A stretch of DNA of 20,000 nucleotides from IMG/VR virus record IMGVR_UViG_3300037585_005926, positions 57,656 through 77,655 of that record; one strand, 5' to 3'. The position numbers and the translations under genes were made by a program. This document shows, piece after piece, positions 19,001-20,000 of this stretch. Below the pieces are notes generated by a model, which saw only the letters and a list, made by a program, of their open reading frames with translations, ran no database searches and had not been told where the DNA came from. This stretch comes from an uncultured virus (IMG/VR IMGVR_UViG_3300037585_005926). Lineage: Duplodnaviria; Heunggongvirae; Uroviricota; Caudoviricetes. Every line of letters begins with the position of its first letter. Position 1 is the first letter of the stretch.

Positions 19001-20000
19001 GCTGTCGACTATCCAATTCTTACCAATGGTTACAAGTTTAGATCCTGTCATATCACTGGCGCCGGCGGCAGCGATAACTACCTTATCTCTGCTGGGGTTT
19101 CTAGTACAAACCAGGCATCTGGCTCAAACAACTATCTTAGCGGCGCCTTCTGGGACTTACGGGTACCTTTTGAGGCCATTATGAACCCGCTGAAGAGTAT
19201 TAATAATGTTACGATCCCCGATTGTGAGCCACACCCATCGGTCAGCCTAGGCGCCGTAACCGAACACCCCGCAGCTAGAGTGCCGTTTACCGCTTCACTT
19301 AGCACACGCAATCCAGGCACCCTATACACTTTGATGGCCTCAAACTTCTTTGCTGAAGTTGGAAAGTTCTTCCTGAAGGACCAAAACTATACCAAGCTAC
19401 AGTCTAATGGTGTCAATCTATCAACATTTAAATTCAAAGAAGGAGAGGTATACGGCGCCCGGTTAAGAATGCGTGCTTCAAACTCTGGAAAAAGAACATA
19501 TCAATTTGAGTCTGGCTCGACAGGTGACAACGAATGGTTCTCCGCTATTGGAGCCCAGGCATTTTACAGAAACTCTGGCTCTTTGGGTGCAGGCTCCGCG
19601 CCTGGTTCTTCCGGGTCATTTGAAATTCCACAAGATCCAGCTATGAACCCAGGATTCCAACAAAACTTTACGATGTACAGTCGCACAACTGCGTTTGGTC
19701 CACCCGTAGCAGGCCGTGAATTTGGCCCTAATAGCAGAAACACCAACACCGGTAATACCGATTTGATGGCACTCAGTGCCAGCACAACAGGTACAAAAGA
19801 TTCCCTTAACGGTTATAACTGGTCATTCACACCTCCGTACTACGACGGTGAATCTTGGGTTGATTTTGTCTTTAGACCTTCGGCCTCGACCGACTACGAT
19901 TTGCAAAAAATATTGCAAGAAACCAAAATACTGCAAAGAAGATATGATCCGGGACCAGAACTTCCAGGTCACCATAAGCACGATGTAGGACACAACAGAA
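10052..20000 (+). CDS. Giant baseplate protein (at least 3316 aa, 3'-truncated): gp7/P2 gpI-like wedge core plus multiple LamG/ConA-like domains
   Basis: Absent from the ORF track because it has no stop in the window. ATG at 10052 (MSIKDLFGRNYLSD...) overlaps the upstream gene by 11 nt, with GGTGGTG at 10041-10047 as a possible RBS. I translated frame +2 by hand to base 19999 with no stop. It contains 'LNLIPSWV...MGAYFD...YNNLTTIFKSKGTLRSIRNVLRCF' and 'IIQQVVPAS' (gp7/gpI-type wedge motifs) and LamG motifs. Confidence 0.9.
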   Translation, partial: MSIKDLFGRNYLSDNNQKDLTADVESSTNLKAIKVKQDSFLPQVDYENPQTFARYGSANLYYKSAIDRIVDFYPFDGSDADINEFYNQSLDIEKFIFNKKYPRTTGYAIISADGWGTSTKINGYGIPSSLEYITFNGGPNVLNQTQDLKNLVPDPTNSKFQYNNIYDDNLYTNNGYPSDYGDGTRESNLKADFDTGVTIEFWALTGSKPSTIGALTDRQVIFDTWNNNPSSSVDLSYGRIRIELKEGSASESPFLITVQSGTLSGAVEQINTSSIGSGIDGSTLGDWKHYAFVLQNSGSSFNAKLYINGELNDTNTYQNLAATATIVISDSGGIVNGETFTLVDSAGTSTVYTINGGVTAASGGGSGGSATVGFLGVGGGSAGKIAAASAMVTAIDNTTDANYTAVSDGVDTVTITQGTSGTAGNRTNADAITSTTVSNFTSGGGGAIGELSPKGAQGRIGALLTAPSKLAVGGVLPSAYAGAGKLDGSIDEFRFWKTARSAEEIGRYWFDQVRGGTNLDIANTTLGMYYKFNEGITQTSSIDSVVLDYGGRLCNGTWTGYSANSRNTGSAIVSASASEAEYLDPIIYAVHPEVVSLKADLRATGLYHDGQNTGQFLNLIPSWVVEEVEDDGNSDLEQLAHIMGAYFDKMYLQIQALPSFRHTQYTSASQEPLPFAQHLPQSLGLITPEIFVDSKILEKFKNRTETEIFESDLNETKNLIYQNLYNNLTTIFKSKGTLRSIRNVLRCFNIDDNLVYFNAYANNQTYELNNNLKQTQKKRKMLNFNTSSNTTAVMYQAADPTYADSLGYIYNEVTPGEPYKDQQHKHGLTFETSIRFPKFFRTANTMDRNFLSSSLAGMQTVLTGTFAGTGLNRADDTSDLTASQDVANFQVFAIRDESDSKNVRFQLSSSYEPYPFSFELTSSTFLNVYNNQDWNLSVALKPSNYPNSDLVSGSADYTYDVIFRGYNGNLGSIDNSFEVSSSVTKAVGQDIIGTWKRVYAGAQKTNITGALVHPTDVQINSVRYWTQYLDGVSLKQHALDGENFGISGSNRSVSALDTVNVAPYNFNTLALNWYFGTVTGSDSSGEFYSTDLSSGSAFIRDNFGWAGSIAGYVYPGKAHGFPADNENVVKNELVNEFKFVDPEIVIASEMVNILSEDDELFGLFDEVPNYTYVIEKSLYAAVTEEILDYFAGVVDFNSIIGDPVHRYRSEYKPLELLRKVFFERFNNVKSVEKFTEYFRWFDDAIANIIQQVVPASADFVEDMYNTVESHVLERNKYHSKFPTLEFKYPEAAGTTQGVGAFLLTYMTDLYGGVEASPRPTNVHKNYWKKRAQPGAKGVGSYEISSGDATVDAQRKQFRNIMHSKPQISGSQVILSKADGTQYERNHLLFTQFGGLAALKTPTINRTIKGGVNFTDNKNIHYTYTSLYPAGPVNTSGSVFVPENVLFGDLDQGVANIDSKAQWDEEGNVSVKRKRHFGVVQGRDYDGGLGYTHTKNSYAFPFNVMSASISGGVDNLIATQVSSSLTITNLHNDAYGDEMEIPMQSPFTNQTVGGHQSRHINLNAGTDTYKNRGEAWRILLGKCSYRSGAIGMVGPDYPWPEANEVGETPYPMTASNKAVYYRDFIAKRPVNIRNIKSMDTTRDTTVLGNYEQEYHVLHTFGAWENPRNFIVQQPVLPGQLFQNNSTSSTQTRTILDIHRTEESHFQFLSEYSISYLTASTTRTIIDNRFSTVGGPLTDGTGYRDFRGNEYSVYNSINNRYLTVIKPSQGPSGSLSEPTGSGTAGIRVFDIHGKDYGLYSHYARHTARFGRDSLHVTGTSAATNGPGASYDQLPGFHKIHRNNLCFPKLSSVTFTANDDPLNTTNDRAAYWSGTADDTVLIASSSQTAQTFVSGARSNNGLSSTGWIRFTPTSEATDNVWLWSVGRANGGAPMFYMEKGKTGSPGGTGDCELQQNGGTVPDNSGDDYLKFTLSTRSTADPVSTGTRTNIEYRTFLPENSNVDINDGAFHHIALVISGTNGSLANDLSASFYVDGVKCFTCKNGTSGVIQSHFDQYANNYGSTGFFSYNGAAGEEYDFSNTANNPLALPSSLTGAGAPYRGDEFFVIGGDASSIAGVTNPFTGAMDQLSFWTRPITDTDVQELYGSGNPINLLASTTYNYDPSALHMWLPLGEGTNSLDSAQGDALSYTTGDPAFNSSSHAIWDVSGQQNNFYAMNPAHSKADDVMVHFATGAASHDAAGGYNPAVIGGYSLTSGFTEVSTYSSEPLFDNFNIQHQIPRDSRQYAWIKNSVHSTASWWHCGFTPPDYLIRSGSSYIDPINFVSASEAGSAVTPSFTPDRVQFGVRQPEINGSTLVQFLPQVSRLNLNIHDPISASTNTLGYPATVPLGNIDEEQEQYYNIAYGDASSGNTQARVIISDVPFAFNMLMFKRGNQYGYPSWKQVRQQDNPILTNEHKTNKLSTMYLGNVQRNFDLPPVSMKGRPAYVNLDFVNSLSTSAGGRKEQFQNVTLKTSYNNEMIGFNEWQLDNFTKLNYDSEVTPFEQLVAMKDRNNIQLNWLLYSENVFPSTRREFLSSSVTRVGYDNQFWRDTLANRVTGGMGVPNSVGVVSYADWLPDGSHNLFLSKTRFLTQSIFPLDAPFDFETRTGPPRIIGTEATILFSTNMFYTGSSLIGSNSAGELQNTYTFYHFSRPALGGTYVGVEQYDALTIPLCIRNGGLYSRKHMLNSPLSTNSPSSVQMALRAPYLGQTNNGVVLTKDIMAQGIDTNNIALGLHNIETGSGEAKWEAPEQAGYFTSSNGVLSFVSASSKPWYNDYDDFRQDIKTIAKGYAVVPEFRISDQMENYAKVGVLGGENFDTFKIPGTALSSSQDTFYKDYSNSDFLRHFADVKQMSELDAKEIKLTCHAAIKFNPYKGFYPAQRSLDLVSQFSKSFADGLTITTVNTDAKTKADVVGSTQGSFLSQYGYARPVMQPLFAPGILYNSIKSGMAVDYPILTNGYKFRSCHITGAGGSDNYLISAGVSSTNQASGSNNYLSGAFWDLRVPFEAIMNPLKSINNVTIPDCEPHPSVSLGAVTEHPAARVPFTASLSTRNPGTLYTLMASNFFAEVGKFFLKDQNYTKLQSNGVNLSTFKFKEGEVYGARLRMRASNSGKRTYQFESGSTGDNEWFSAIGAQAFYRNSGSLGAGSAPGSSGSFEIPQDPAMNPGFQQNFTMYSRTTAFGPPVAGREFGPNSRNTNTGNTDLMALSASTTGTKDSLNGYNWSFTPPYYDGESWVDFVFRPSASTDYDLQKILQETKILQRRYDPGPELPGHHKHDVGHNR
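10634..11730 (+). other. LamG/ConA-like domain 1 of the giant ORF (interrupted by an insert at 11012-11389)
   Basis: 'GVTIEFW', 'WKHYAFV', 'KLYING', 'GRIGA', 'GSIDEFRFWKTARSAEEI', 'YYKFNEG', 'VLDYGG...NGT' appear in the expected Laminin_G_3/LamGL order. Confidence 0.85.
11900..12300 (+). other. gp7 / P2 gpI-like helical wedge segment of the giant ORF
   Basis: 'LIPSWV...LEQLAHIMGAYFDKMY...IYQNLYNNLTTIFKSKGTLRSIRNVLRCF'. The K-G-T-x-x-S-I motif is typical of the gp7/gpI (TssG-like) wedge family, and the gene sits downstream of gp25 and gp6. Confidence 0.65.
12520..13280 (+). other. Degenerate LamG-like domain 2 of the giant ORF
   Basis: 'GLTFETSIRF', 'NQDWNLSVAL', 'RVYAGA', 'INSVRYWTQYLDGVSLKQH', 'LALNWYF' follow LamG strand order, but with divergent motifs. 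Confidence 0.5.
15740..16680 (+). other. LamG/ConA-like domain 3 of the giant ORF
   Basis: 'LSSTGWIR', 'INDGAFHHIALV', 'FYVDG', 'FVIGG', 'FTGAMDQLSFWTRPITDTDVQELY', 'LHMWLPLGEG', 'IWDVSGQQN'. Confidence 0.85.

Noticed and set aside
809..19988. The many 60-157 aa ORFs on the minus strand and alternative plus frames in the ORF track
   Set aside because: All lie wholly or almost wholly within the five long plus-strand genes and have no recognisable motifs. They are shadow ORFs.
10063..20000. Apparent 10-kb gene-poor region in the ORF track, which might suggest stop-codon recoding, a pseudogene or a non-coding array
   Set aside because: Frame +2 is fully open under the standard code from 10052 to the end and was omitted only because it lacks a stop. 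The other genes end in TGA or TAA, so there is no evidence of recoding.
1..20000. CRISPR array, tRNA/rRNA, diversity-generating retroelement or IS element
   Set aside because: About 55 nt in total is non-coding. I saw no spaced repeats, template/variable repeat pair, reverse transcriptase or transposase by eye.

Overview
This window is a densely coding, all plus-strand stretch of the contractile-tail baseplate module of a large myovirus-type phage (or prophage), roughly 42-43% GC by eye. It holds five genes: (1) a probably 5'-truncated hypothetical protein of at least 2077 aa, with two hydrophobic segments and many Cys; (2) a gp25/GpW-like baseplate wedge protein; (3) a T4 gp6/GpJ-like wedge protein; (4) a 535-aa DNRLRE/CBM96-like virion protein; and (5) a giant ORF missing from the supplied ORF track. 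That ORF starts at ATG 10052 and, by manual translation, stays open to the window end (at least 3316 aa). It combines a gp7/P2 gpI-like wedge core with three LamG/ConA-like domains, one split by a 126-aa insert. Two less obvious patterns stand out. A [S/T]-[G/A]-S tripeptide recurs strongly in genes 4 and 5 only, a candidate virion modification sequon. The palindromes GGCGCC and GCCGGC are about tenfold over-represented. I saw no RNA genes, CRISPR array, mobile element, intein or recoding. All family assignments come from motif recognition by eye, not database searches.
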